From the NCBI GenBank assembly GCA_963785305.1, contig CAWAUV010000007.1, positions 1,952,001 through 2,016,000 of the forward strand: a stretch of DNA of 64,000 bases, given 5' to 3'. The translations under genes were made by a program, and so were the position numbers. The notes beneath the pieces are model-generated. The model saw only the letters and a program-made list of their open reading frames with translations. It ran no database searches and was not told where the DNA came from. Source of the stretch: an uncultured Planctomycetaceae bacterium (GTDB taxonomy: Bacteria; Planctomycetota; Planctomycetia; Pirellulales; PALSA-1355). This document shows positions 44,449 through 55,654 of the stretch, piece by piece (the first letter of the stretch is position 1; each line of letters opens with the position of its first letter).

Positions 44449-47427
44449 ATGAACAGGGCGCATGACGCATTCGACGCCGAGCCCGCGCCGGCTCGCTATA
44501 CGGTGGGGATCGATCTGGGCACCAGCAATTCGGCCGTCGCTTATGTCGACACCCTCGAGTCGCCGTGGCGATCGCGCGTGTTTTCGATTCCGCAGCTAGT
44601 CGCCCCGAGCGTGGTCGAATCGCGCGACACGCTGCCTTCGTGTCACTATCAGCGCGCCGCGGGCGAATTTGCCGCCGGCGCGTTTCGCTTGCCTTGGACC
44701 GCGGCGGGCGAAGCGGAATCCGACCATGCGGTCGGCTTCCTTGCCCGCGATCAAGGGGCCGCGGCGCCGGGGCGGTTGATCGCTTCGGCCAAAAGCTGGC
44801 TTTGTCATGCCGGCGTCGATCGGCTGGCCGACCTGTTGCCCTGGCACGGCGCGGCCGATGTCGCGAAGCTGTCGCCGGTCGCGGCCAGCGCTCGCTATTT
44901 GGCGCATCTTCGCGCGGCCTGGAACGACGCCCACCCGGCCGAGCCGCTCGAGCGGCAAGATATCGTGCTCACCTTGCCGGCTTCATTCGACGAAGTGGCC
45001 CGGGAACTCACGGTGCGCGCCGCCGCCGAGGCGGGCCTCGCGCGCGTGGTGCTGATCGAGGAGCCTCAAGCGGCTTTTTATGCCTGGATCGAATCGCGAG
45101 CCGACGCCTGGGAACACGAGATCGCGGCCGGCGAAAAGATTCTGGTGTGCGACATCGGTGGCGGCACCACCGATTTCACGCTCATTCATGCTCGCCGGGC
45201 CAGTGACGCCAAGGCGCGGTTTCAGCGCGTGGCGGTGGGTGATCATTTGATCCTCGGCGGCGACAACATGGACCTCGCCTTGGCGCGGCATGTCGAAAGC
45301 CGGCTCGGCGAACGGGGGGTCTCGCTCGACGCGCGGAGTTGGGCCGTGCTTACGCGCGTTGCGCGGCAGGTGAAAGAAACCTTGCTCGGCGAGAATCCTC
45401 CCGAGCGATACACGATCACGCTCCCCGGCACGGGCTCGCGGCTCATTGGTGGCTCGCGGCAAGTGGAAGTCTCGCGGGAAGAGGTCGAGCGGCTGCTGAT
45501 CGATGGATTCGCGCCGCGGGTAGCGCTCGACGCCCGGCCGCTGCGCCGCGGCGGCTTTCAAGAGTTTGGGCTCCCCTATGCGGCCGACGCGGCCATCACT
45601 CGCTACCTCGCCGCGTTTCTCATGGCCCATCGCGCCGACGAATCGCCCCTGGGCGGCGAACCGTCGCCTTCGGCCGCGGCAAGCGCGCCGAGCGTCGAGG
45701 GGGCTCGACCCGATGTGGTGCTTTTCAATGGCGGAGCGTTTCACTCGCCCTTGCTGCGGCGGCGGTTGATCGATTCGCTCGCCGCGTGGTTTGGCGGCGA
45801 AAGCGGTTGGCGGCCGCGAATCCTCGACAATCCGCGCCTCGATCTGGCCGTGGCCCTCGGCGCCGCGTATTACGGCATGGTCCGCCGCGGCGCGGGCGTG
45901 AGAATCGCGGCGGGGCTTGCCCGCGCATATTACATCGGTGTCGACGCCGACCCGAACACAAGCTCGCCCACGGAATCGAGCAAGGAACCGAGCGGAGCCG
46001 ACTCGGCGCCCGCCGTGGCCGCGGTGTGCCTCGTGCCCGCTGGCACGGAAGAAGGCGCGACGATCGATCTCTCGGACCGCGCGTTTCAGCTTCGCGTGCG
46101 CGAACCGGTCGAGTTTCCGCTCTACTACTCGAGCACGCGTCTGACCGACAAGCCGGGCCAGCTTGCCGCGGTCGATCCCTTGCAGCTCACCGGGCTGCCG
46201 CCGATTCGCACCGTGCTCGAAGCCGGCAAGAAACATGCCGCCGCCGAAACGCTTGAAGTCACGCTGCATGCCCGCCTCACCGAAATCGGCACGCTCGATC
46301 TGTGGTGCGCGGCATCGACCGGAACCCGGCAGTGGCGACTGCAATTCGATGTTCGCGCGGCCACGCATACCGATGCGCGCGGCCACCAGGGCGCCGCCGA
46401 GCAAGCCGGCGTGGTCGAGGAGCAAACCCTCGCCACGGCCCGAAGGTTGATCGAAGAGGCTTTTGGCGCCGGCGAGACAACCGTTCTAGCTGGCGGTCGC
46501 GGCGCGAGTGGTGGCGAAGTCGCGGCGGCTCGCGCCTCGGCCGCCGAGGGACTCGTCAAACGGCTCGCCGCCGCGCTCGACATGCCCCGCGGCGCATGGC
46601 CGCCGACACTGCTGCGCGAGATGTGGGCGGCGCTCATCGACGGCGCCGATGCGCGGCGTCGCGCGGCGCCGGTCGAGGCACGATGGCTCAATCTCCTGGG
46701 CTTCGCGCTCCGGCCCGGCTTCGGCATGGCGGTCGACGATTGGCGCGTGGCCCGTACTTGGCGCGTGCTGGGCGGACGCCTCTACCACTCCCAGCCGATG
46801 TGCCGGGTCGAATGGTGGATTCTCTGGCGTCGCATTGCCGGTGGTTTGGCGGCTGGCCAGCAACGGGCCTTGGCCGATCCGCTCCTGGCCGAGATTCGCT
46901 CCAGCCGCCGCGCGCTGGCCAAGGGCCGCGGGGCCGAACATCGCGGCGCCGAACACGAAACCGCCGAAATCTGGCGCCTGCTTGGTTCGCTTGAATTGTT
47001 GCCCGCGAGCGATAAGCTCGAATTGGCCGAGGGACTCATGGAGCTCGTGGCCCGCGAAAAAACACCGACTCTGGCCGCGGCGGGGGTGTGGGCCCTGGGT
47101 CGAATCGGCTCGCGGACACCGCTCTATGGTCCGCTCAATGCCGCCGCCCCCACCGAAGCGGTCACGGCCTGGATCGAATGGCTGCTCGCGCACAAGCGTC
47201 CGCCGGAAACTACTTCGCTAGCGCTGATGCAACTCGCCCGCCGCACGCATGATCGCTATCGCGATATATCCGATGCGCTGCGAAAAAAGGTCGTGTCAAG
47301 GCTTGAGAGCGACGTGGCGCCGGCGCATTTCCTCGAGCTCGTCGCCCGCGGAGGCGAGCTGGGCGACGCCGAAGCCGGCCTTGTGTTTGGCGATAGCTTG
47401 CCGCGCGGCTTGAGTCTGGCTCGCTGA
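44449..47427 (+). CDS. Atypical Hsp70-family protein with a C-terminal DUF3731-like domain
   Basis: [35 protein letters not shown]-terminal [14 protein letters not shown]...[40 protein letters not shown]. Confidence 0.88.
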   Translation: MNRAHDAFDAEPAPARYTVGIDLGTSNSAVAYVDTLESPWRSRVFSIPQLVAPSVVESRDTLPSCHYQRAAGEFAAGAFRLPWTAAGEAESDHAVGFLARDQGAAAPGRLIASAKSWLCHAGVDRLADLLPWHGAADVAKLSPVAASARYLAHLRAAWNDAHPAEPLERQDIVLTLPASFDEVARELTVRAAAEAGLARVVLIEEPQAAFYAWIESRADAWEHEIAAGEKILVCDIGGGTTDFTLIHARRASDAKARFQRVAVGDHLILGGDNMDLALARHVESRLGERGVSLDARSWAVLTRVARQVKETLLGENPPERYTITLPGTGSRLIGGSRQVEVSREEVERLLIDGFAPRVALDARPLRRGGFQEFGLPYAADAAITRYLAAFLMAHRADESPLGGEPSPSAAASAPSVEGARPDVVLFNGGAFHSPLLRRRLIDSLAAWFGGESGWRPRILDNPRLDLAVALGAAYYGMVRRGAGVRIAAGLARAYYIGVDADPNTSSPTESSKEPSGADSAPAVAAVCLVPAGTEEGATIDLSDRAFQLRVREPVEFPLYYSSTRLTDKPGQLAAVDPLQLTGLPPIRTVLEAGKKHAAAETLEVTLHARLTEIGTLDLWCAASTGTRQWRLQFDVRAATHTDARGHQGAAEQAGVVEEQTLATARRLIEEAFGAGETTVLAGGRGASGGEVAAARASAAEGLVKRLAAALDMPRGAWPPTLLREMWAALIDGADARRRAAPVEARWLNLLGFALRPGFGMAVDDWRVARTWRVLGGRLYHSQPMCRVEWWILWRRIAGGLAAGQQRALADPLLAEIRSSRRALAKGRGAEHRGAEHETAEIWRLLGSLELLPASDKLELAEGLMELVAREKTPTLAAAGVWALGRIGSRTPLYGPLNAAAPTEAVTAWIEWLLAHKRPPETTSLALMQLARRTHDRYRDISDALRKKVVSRLESDVAPAHFLELVARGGELGDAEAGLVFGDSLPRGLSLAR

Positions 47428-47539
47428 ACGTTAAAACAGGAAGCATTGGAAACGTGAAAGCTCGCGTCGAAAAGGCTCCTTCGACGCATCGTGTCGCAAA
47501 ACCTCATCCCCCGCTTCGACTCGCGATTGGAATACCGCC

Positions 47540-49010
47540 ATGCAAATTCAAAAACCGCTCGCCGCCGTTTCGCAAACCAAAGCCGACACGGTTGTGGTGG
47601 GTCTCCACTCCGAAGGCCCGCTCACGCCGTCGGCCGCTGAAGTCGATCGCGTATCGGGCGGGGCCGTTCAAGGCATCGTCGACAGCAAGGACTTCTCGGG
47701 CAAGAAATACGAGACGCTCTCGCTCTGGAGTTTGTCCGGCATGGCTGCCCGGCAAGTGTTGCTGGTGGGTCTTGGACCTCGGCAGGCATTCGACACCGGC
47801 GCGGCCTATCGTGTCGCCGGGGCCGCCTCGGCGCGCTTGCGGCCAAGAGCCACGACGGCATTGCCTTCTTTCTCGCCGAAGGTTGGACCGCGGCCGAAGC
47901 CGAAGCCGGGCTCGCCGGCGCGATCGTCGCCTGTCATGGCCAAGACCTTTTTCGCGCGAAAAAAATCGGCACCCCTTCAAACGCCTCTTCTGGGCCGGCG
48001 CTTCCGACGAAGCCTTCGAAGGCGGCCGAATCCTGGGCGACGCCATTAACCTCACGCGGCGCTTGGTCAATAGCCCCGCCCACGATGTTTATCCCGAGAC
48101 ATTCGCCCGCGAGGCTGCGCAGGTCGCCAAGGCATGCAACTTCGAGATCGACGTGTGGGACGAAGCCAAGCTCGAGGCCGAGCGATGCGGCTCGCTGCTT
48201 GCCGTGTCGCGCGGCTCGGCCCGATCGCCGCGAATGGTGATCGCCCGCTACCACGGAGCCGACGCCAAGGCCCCCTGGCTGGCGATTGTCGGCAAGGGCG
48301 TGACCTTCGACTCGGGCGGCCTGTCGCTCAAGACACCCGAGGGCATGCTGACCATGAAATGCGACATGGCCGGCGCGGCCACGATGCTCGGCGCCCTGCA
48401 AGCGATCAGCCAACTCAAGCTGCCGGTCAATGTGATCGGCCTCGCGGGCTTGGTGGAAAACATGACCGGCTCGGCGGCGATGAAGCTCGGCGATGTTTTG
48501 CAAGCCCGCAACGGCCGCACGATCGAAGTCCACAACACCGACGCCGAGGGCCGGCTGGTGCTGGCCGATGTGCTCGATGTGGCTGTCGAGGCCGGCGCCG
48601 CCAAGATCGTCGACCTGGCGACGCTCACCGGCGCGTGCTGCGTGGCCCTGGGCCTCGAGGTGGCCGGCCTGATGACCAACGATCAACCGTGGCTCGACGC
48701 CGTGGCTGCGGCGGCTCGCGCCTGCGGTGAGCCGGTGTGGCAATTGCCGATGTATTCCGAGATTTACGACGACCAGATCAAAAGCCAAGTGGCCGATATT
48801 AAAAACGTGGGCGAAGGCCGCTGGGGCGGAGCGATCACGGCCGCCAAGTTTCTCGAACAGTTTGTCGGCAAGACTCCCTGGGCGCATCTCGACATTGCCG
48901 GCCCGGCGTTTCGCGAGAAAGCGAAGCCTTGGATCGACGCCGGCGCGAGCGGCCAATATGTTCGCACCCTGGTGGAACTCGCGCGGCGCTGGCCGACGAT
49001 CGCCGGCTGA
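47540..49010 (+). CDS. pepA: Leucyl aminopeptidase, M17 (indels at about 47840-47955)
   Basis: [56 protein letters not shown]. Confidence 0.95.
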
Positions 49011-49102
49011 CAAGCATTTTCGCCGACGGTAGACTTGTTGTAGCCAAAAGCGATGGCTCCGCACCCCAGGGGCCCTCGCCGAGTGTCGGAGAGTCGAACG
49101 CC

Positions 49103-49969
49103 ATGCCGCGCCTAAGCCCGCTGCTCAAGGTCGCGATAGCCCATGGGGGCGCCGCGATCGCAATCGCCTATTGGTCGATCGCCTGTTCGTCCCTCGCCGC
49201 CGAACCGAATGCGTCTTCATCGGCCGCCGAGTTGATCGCGCGTCCTTCGGCCGGCGAGTTGGTTGCGCGTCCTTCGGCCGCCGATAAGCCACCCGCCGAC
49301 AAGCCACCGGTCGGCGAATCCGCCGCGCTCAAGGGCCGCAATCCGCGCGTGCTCTTGATCGTGGCCCGCGATTGCCCACGCTGCGACGAGACTCTGGCTC
49401 GGCTGCGCGCCCCGAAAGGCGATTTCGAAAAAATGCGGAGCGTGGGCTGGAAGATCGGCTCGAGCGCCGGGGACCATTTGCAGATCGTCGATCGCGAGAA
49501 GGTCGAGGCGCTGGTCGAGCGGTTGGGCGTGAAGGAGTTCCCCTCGGTCGTGGGCCTGGAAAACGGGCGGATCGAGCGATCGTTTCAAACCGGCTGCACC
49601 ACGCCGCTCGACATGTGGACTTTTGCCTGGCTGCTCAAAGGACAAGACGAGCGCCCGGCGAACTCGTCGCCGGAAAAAGCGACCGCGGCCACGACCGGCC
49701 ATTTTCCCCTGCGCGGCAATCACTGGACGATCGATGGCGACTGGCAGCCCTCGCGTGAAAGACTGGTGAGCCACTTGCGCGGCCCGGTGCATGGCCCACA
49801 GATCGCGGGCCGATACGAGATCGAGGGCTGGTCGTATGAAGAGCTGCGTTCGCTGCACGACAAGCTGCACGAGGTGGAGATGGGCGGCGTGCAATACGGC
49901 ATGGGCAGCAGCCAATCCTCGCCGAGCGCGAACCCCTTCAGTGCGGCCCGCAAAGCGAGCGGCCGCTGA
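49103..49969 (+). CDS. Exported hypothetical protein with a CxxC thioredoxin-like segment
   Basis: Signal peptide, short repeats ELIARPSAG/ELVARPSAA, VLLIVARDCPRC, GVKEFPSVV. Confidence 0.6.
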   Translation: MPRLSPLLKVAIAHGGAAIAIAYWSIACSSLAAEPNASSSAAELIARPSAGELVARPSAADKPPADKPPVGESAALKGRNPRVLLIVARDCPRCDETLARLRAPKGDFEKMRSVGWKIGSSAGDHLQIVDREKVEALVERLGVKEFPSVVGLENGRIERSFQTGCTTPLDMWTFAWLLKGQDERPANSSPEKATAATTGHFPLRGNHWTIDGDWQPSRERLVSHLRGPVHGPQIAGRYEIEGWSYEELRSLHDKLHEVEMGGVQYGMGSSQSSPSANPFSAARKASGR

Positions 49970-50033
49970 GCGGCGCCGGGCTTGTCGGCAGTCGCGCGAG
50001 TTGGCGGAATATCGCCGGCGGAGAGGCGTGCCG

Positions 50034-51029
50034 TTATTCGGCCCGCGTGAGGAGGAGTTCGGTGAGTTGGGCAAGCAGGTCGCGGGCGGGGCTCCACGGC
50101 AGGCCAGCCAGCGATTCGCGGCTTTCGCGGGCAAAGTCGGCGGCCCGGCCGCGGGCATATTCCAACGCGTCGCAGGCGGCAAGCCGTTCGGCCAGAAGCC
50201 GCCGGGCCGCTGGGCCGCCTAGGTGCAATTGCTCGACCACCGCCTGCCGATCGCGCTCGCCGAGCCGCGAGAGCATGCGAATGATCGGCAGCGTGAGCTT
50301 TTCTTTTTCCAGATCGGTGCCGAGCGACTTGCCGGCCTGCTGTTCATCGCCCACCACATCCAACAGATCGTCGACGATTTGAAACGCGATGCCCAGCGCC
50401 CGGCCATAGCGCGTCAGCGAGCGAGTGGTTTCCGGGCTCGCGCCGGCGTAGTGGGCTCCCAAGCGGCAGCAGCAAGCGCAAAGCTCGGCGGTCTTGGCTT
50501 CGATGATCGAAAGGTAGTCTTCTTCGGCCAGGGCATAATTGCCGCGGCTATGTATTTGCCTCAGCTCGCCGGCGCAGACCGCGTTGGTCGCTTGGCCGAT
50601 CACTTGGCAGGCATAGGTGGTTTCGAGCGAACTGGCCAACGCGAAAGCATGCGTGAACAGATAGTCGCCCACCAGCACGCTGGCTTCGTTGTCGTGGCGG
50701 GCATTGAGCGTGTCTTGATGACGACGCATGCTCGCTTCGTCGAGCACATCGTCATGGACCAGCGTGGCGGTGTGGATCATCTCGACCACCGCGCCTAGCA
50801 CGATGTGCGATCGGCCCAAGCCGCCGCATGCCTGCGCCGAAAGCAGCAAGAGCGCGGGCCGCAGTCGCTTGCCGCCCAGCCGAAAGGCATGTTTCACCAG
50901 CGAATCCACGAAGGTATCGTCGCTCGTGAGCTCGTCGCACAGCATTTGCTCGACGGCCGCAAGCTCGGTCGATACGGGCGCGAACAGCGCGGTCCAAGGC
51001 GGACGCGCGGGCGAAGACAATTGTCGCAT
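50034..51029 (-). CDS. Polyprenyl diphosphate synthase (IspB/HepT-like)
   Basis: GGKRLRPAL, EMIHTATLVHDDVLD, VLVGDYL, KTAEL, AFQIVDDLLD. Confidence 0.93.
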   Translation of the reverse strand: MRQLSSPARPPWTALFAPVSTELAAVEQMLCDELTSDDTFVDSLVKHAFRLGGKRLRPALLLLSAQACGGLGRSHIVLGAVVEMIHTATLVHDDVLDEASMRRHQDTLNARHDNEASVLVGDYLFTHAFALASSLETTYACQVIGQATNAVCAGELRQIHSRGNYALAEEDYLSIIEAKTAELCACCCRLGAHYAGASPETTRSLTRYGRALGIAFQIVDDLLDVVGDEQQAGKSLGTDLEKEKLTLPIIRMLSRLGERDRQAVVEQLHLGGPAARRLLAERLAACDALEYARGRAADFARESRESLAGLPWSPARDLLAQLTELLLTRAE

Positions 51030-51816
51030 GCGTTCACTCACTCGGATTCCCGTTCCCTAACCTGCCACGAGGCGTCGCCGACAATCGGCCCCCATGGGCT
51101 GCCTGCCGCCGGAGGCCACTATGTGTTTGAACCGTGTTTGGCGCCCGTCGATTAACCCGCCCCCAGAGCGCGCGAGCCCGCCTTGCTGGGCCGGCGGCCC
51201 GGAGTGTCTAAAGCAGTATTCTAAAAATCCCCGGCGCCTCGTCGAGGGGAAATGAGCAAGCGAAGTGGCAAATTGCCCCCGGGGCAGCCTGTTGAAATAC
51301 TCAACCAGCCGCGGGTCGGGCCCCGCGGCATTCGCCGCGAGGCCGATTCGCCTTGCTCGACCGCGTTTGTCGAGACTATATTGGCCCCGCCACCGGCGAA
51401 TTGCCGCGTTTTTCGGAGTCCGCGGCTCGCGGAGCGACCCCAAGTCGCCGGAACCGCCGGTCGCCTCGCCCCCGACCGCCGAGAAGCCTGACGAAAAGGC
51501 AAGGTTTGTTGCGAACCGCGTCGCCCGAGATCAAGCTATTGGGAGCATTAGACGAATGAAGGCTTGAGAGGTTTGCCCCTCGCCGGGCCCTGACATTTCG
51601 TCTCAGCACTTCCAGCGAGCACGCCCCAACCACCCGCCCCCAGCGAACCGCCTTCCCCCAACACGCACAACGCCCGAGCAAAACCAGCACACCCCCCGAC
51701 CAGCGCTTCCCCAGACCAGCGCTGCCCAAGAAATAACCCCACCGCGTTTGTTCATTGCATATCCCCCGCGACTTCAATCCTTCCAGGCCGCCTTGAAGTC
51801 GGGAGAGACGTTCCGC

Positions 51817-54095
51817 ATGGAATTCCGCAAGGTGACGCCGCTCGGCAGACCGAATCTTTGGGCTGATCGTCCGATGATCGAAGTCTGGCTTGGCGCCGAG
51901 CACCATGCCACGCGCCGCGCGACCGATTTCGAATCGTTTCATCGGCTCTGGTCGACATGGCTGCCGCTGATGCCCGATCCGACCGCCGCCGCGCCCCTTC
52001 CGGCGCGCCGCGCCCCGGCGTCTGGCGCGCCCACCGGCATCGCGCCCGATGCGCTGCTCGAATCCATCGAGCAGGGCGCGTCGATCGCGGAACTGCTGCT
52101 CGGCATGACCCTGCGGTTGCAACGCATCGCTTGCGGGCGGACCGACCTCACGCTGGCCTTTGTCGCTCCCTGGCAACATGGCGCACGTATCGCGATCGAA
52201 TACGACGACGAGGCGCTGGCCCGGCTGTGCCTCCAGTGCGCTGGCGCGTGATCGCCACCGCCATGTCGGGCGATTCGTTCGACGCGCGCGACGAAGTCAC
52301 GCGGTTGCACCTATATGCCGATGATTTTTGTCTTGGTCCCAGCACCCGCGCAATCCTGGCCGCCGCCCGGCGCCGCAATATTCCCGCCCGGCGGCTCAAT
52401 CGCTTTAGTTTGGTGCAGCTTGGCGTCGGCGCCCGGCAGCGGCGCATTCTCACGGCCGAAACCGATCGCACCAGCGCCATTGCCGAAACAATTGCCCAGG
52501 ACAAGGAGCTGACCAAAAACCTCTTGGCCGCCGTGGGCGCGCCCGTGCCGCGAGGCCGGTTGGCGGTGAGCGCGGCCGACGCTTGGGAGGCGGCTCTCGA
52601 AGTTGGGCTGCCGGTGGTCGTCAAACCGCGCAACGCCAACCATGGCCGCGGCGTGTCGATCAACTTGAACACGCGCTCGCAAGTGGAAATCGCGTTTGCT
52701 CATGCCCGGGCCGAGGGTGATGGCGTGATCGTGGAACAATTTGCCCGCGGCGCGGAGCATCGCTTGCTGGTGGTGCAAAAGCGGGTCGTCGCGGCCACGC
52801 GCGGCGAGCCGGACCAGATCGTGGGCGATGGCCAGCACACCATCGCGGCGCTCGTCGGCCAGCTCAATAAAGATCCCCGCCGCGGCAAGCATTACGCGTT
52901 TGCCTTTAGCAATGTCGATCTCGACCCCGCGGCGATTCTCACCCTCGAAGAGCAAGGCTACCAACCCGAATCGATTCCGCCGTCCGGCGCCGTGGTGGTG
53001 ATTCATCGCAACGGCGAAATGACCACCGATGAGACCGACGAGGTGCATCCGCAAGTAGCGGCCCTGGCGGTGCTCGCCGCGGAAACCGTGGGGCTCGATA
53101 TCGCCGGCGTTGATATGCTCGCGCCCGACATCGGCCGCCCGCTCGAAGAGCAAGGCGGCGTGATTCTCGAGGTCAACGCTCGCCCCGGCCTCTTGATGCA
53201 CCTCGCGCCCGAGCGGGGCAAGCCGCGGGCCGTGGGCGAGATGATCGTCGACAGTATGTTTCCACCCGGCGAATCGGGCCGGGCGCCGACGGTGGTCGTG
53301 GCCGATGGCGAGGATTCGGCCATCGGTTCGCTGGTGGCTCGCGTGCTGCGGTCCGCCGGATTTTTCGTGGGCCAAGCGACCGCCGGTGGGGCGGCGATCA
53401 ACTTGAACCCTTTGGCCGTGGTGGCCGACTCGCTCGGCCGGCGGACCGACGACCTTTCGACGCACCCCTGGCTCACGGCCCTGGTGGTCGAGCTCGAGGC
53501 AGGTTCGCTGCGCGACGAGGGCATGCCGATCGAGCATTGCGACTTGGCCGTGCTGGGCCGAGCGTTTTGCGCTGGCCGCGATGCCATGGGTGCGGCGGAT
53601 GCCGTGTTGCCGGCGAGCAATGGTTCACCCGAGTCGAGCGATGATTCGGACCTCTATCACCGCGTGGTGACGAGCGCCGTGCTACCCGAGGGTTGGAGCG
53701 TGGCGTGGGTCGACGATCCGACGGCGGGCGCGACGCGGGCATCGGCCAGTTCGCGAATTGTCTGGCTCTCGGAGTCGAGCGCCGATCCGCGACTCGAGTC
53801 GGTGCTAATTGCGGGCGCGAGCGCTGTTTATGTGGCCGAAGGCGCCGTGCAGCGCGTGGAACATGGCCGGCGCCACGCGCTCGAGATCGACCGCCGCCAG
53901 CTCGACCGAGCGATCGCCCGATGGGGTCTCGCGGCCGTGCTTCCGACGATCGCGGTGGCTTGGCGCTTGGGCCTCGCCGATGCAACGCTCGCCGACGCGT
54001 TACAAAGCGACCCGCGATCCGACGATTTATCCCAAGGCCCGACCGGCGCCGCGACCGGCCGAGTGTGCGACTCGCTTTACGCCTCGCGCGGCTAA
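51817..54095 (+). CDS. Cyanophycin synthetase-like ATP-grasp ligase with a degenerate Mur-ligase domain (indel near 52245)
   Basis: LGPSTRAILAAARRRNIP, LVQLGVGARQRRI, IAQDKELTK, PVVVKPRNANHGRGVS, LNKDPRRG, GLDIAGVD, EVNARPGLLMHLAP. Confidence 0.85.
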
Positions 54096-54180
54096 CAACC
54101 GTTGGAATATTGATATTTTTTGTTAGTTTGCGTACTGCGCAATACGACAAGCCTCAAGCCTTCGGTCGACCGCAATCCAC

Positions 54181-54209
54181 TTGACGCTTCGACTGTCGGT
54201 GATTACTTT
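54181..54209 (+). promoter_or_regulatory. Possible sigma70 promoter upstream of the PEP-CTERM genes
   Basis: TTGACG, 17-nt spacer, TACTTT. Confidence 0.4.
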
Positions 54210-54633
54210 CATCCTGTCGGAGTGAAATTCGCTCCCTCCCCGCCGCCCCCGCCTCGATTAAACCTCACCTAGCAAGACGCCAATGCAACACGCGTAGCAC
54301 GTCGGACTTTCGACACGCGGTTGCAATCTTTTTGGCGCACCCACCGAATCTTTTCGGGTGGACGACTGCTCGGCACGCCGGGCGTCTAGGCGCGTCTCGC
54401 GTTCCGCCGGGTTGAACCGACTGCTTCGGTTACCGTCCGCATCAACGTCGTCGCACGACGAATTCATGGGGACGGGAGTCCCAGTAACAGCCCCGAGCAC
54501 ACGGCGCCTCCCGTCCCCTTGATTTCGTTTTTCGAATGTTTCCCGCGAATTTCCGATGGAAAGCGAACAGGCGCCCATGACAGTGCCTTTCGCCTCCTCC
54601 ATGATCCGACAGTCCCACCGAGGTCGTCCATCA

Positions 54634-55500
54634 ATGTGTTCACGATTTAGAGGCTGGTCATTTTTTTTCGCGGGGCTCGCCATCTCGGCGGCAATTTGCC
54701 CCATGGAGTCGGCGCGCGGGGCTCAAGTTCCGATCTCCGTCACCGGCTTTGATCAAAGCATGGTTGTCGCCGTGGGGGAGACTTATGCGGGTGGCGCGCT
54801 TACCGCAACGATGGACGACGGCGCCCCGGCGGTCGGGTTGGGCTCCATTTGGTATGGGTTGGGCCAAAATACAGTCGCTCCGACTACTGGGCTGCCGATC
54901 GGAGTGACGACCAGCATTGGAGATCCGACGACGACGTTCGAGCTCGCTCCTTTCGGATCGGGCAATATACCGTCGGACGACGCGGTTTTGATCGATTCGA
55001 AGCATACGACTGGCGGCCTCACATTACCTTCGCCCGCGGCCTACAGTTCGCTTGCGCTGTTCGCGGCGTCTGCTGGAACTGGAAACGTTGGCGATCCCAT
55101 GGAGTACTCGCTTAACTTTTCCGACGGGAGCACGCAAACCGGCTCATTGACCGTCAATGATTGGTTCACCAACACCAACTCCAGCACCACCTCGGTTGAG
55201 ACGGTCGCATACGGGGCCGGTGGCCGAATCGTTCAAACGGGTGGTTATTACAATGTCACCTCCCCTGGAAACAATCCATCGCTCTATGAATTGAGTATCC
55301 CGGTCACATCGACGATGGCTCTGCTCGACTCTGTCAGCTTTACCTACTCGAGTGGCAGTGGCCACACGGCGATTTTAGCGATTAGTGGCGCCGCGCTGGT
55401 TCCCGAGCCGTGTTTCGTCGCCCTCATGGGACTAGGCGGCCTCGGATTGGGCGCGCAACTGATCCGGCGGCGATGGCATAAGCAACGTCACCGCGTATAG
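54634..55500 (+). CDS. PEP-CTERM surface protein (Ser/Thr/Gly-rich beta domain)
   Basis: Signal peptide, LNFSDGSTQTGSLTVNDWF, C-terminal LVPEPCFVALMGLGGLGLGAQLIRRR. Confidence 0.85.
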   Translation: MCSRFRGWSFFFAGLAISAAICPMESARGAQVPISVTGFDQSMVVAVGETYAGGALTATMDDGAPAVGLGSIWYGLGQNTVAPTTGLPIGVTTSIGDPTTTFELAPFGSGNIPSDDAVLIDSKHTTGGLTLPSPAAYSSLALFAASAGTGNVGDPMEYSLNFSDGSTQTGSLTVNDWFTNTNSSTTSVETVAYGAGGRIVQTGGYYNVTSPGNNPSLYELSIPVTSTMALLDSVSFTYSSGSGHTAILAISGAALVPEPCFVALMGLGGLGLGAQLIRRRWHKQRHRV

Positions 55501-55654
55501 GTGCGGGAATCCAACAGTCTCTCCGACTCGATTCCGCGGCCAGCGTCCGTCACAAGCCACTTCTTAACGGATCCCCCGAATCGTTTCGAATGGATATCGC
55601 GGCGAAAAGGTTCCAATCGCTTTTTCGCCCTTCAACTTCAAGGAGCCTCGCCTG

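Noticed and set aside
51600..51750. C/A-skewed low-complexity tract upstream of the cphA-like gene
   Set aside because: No defined repeat unit, IR pair or convincing ORF.
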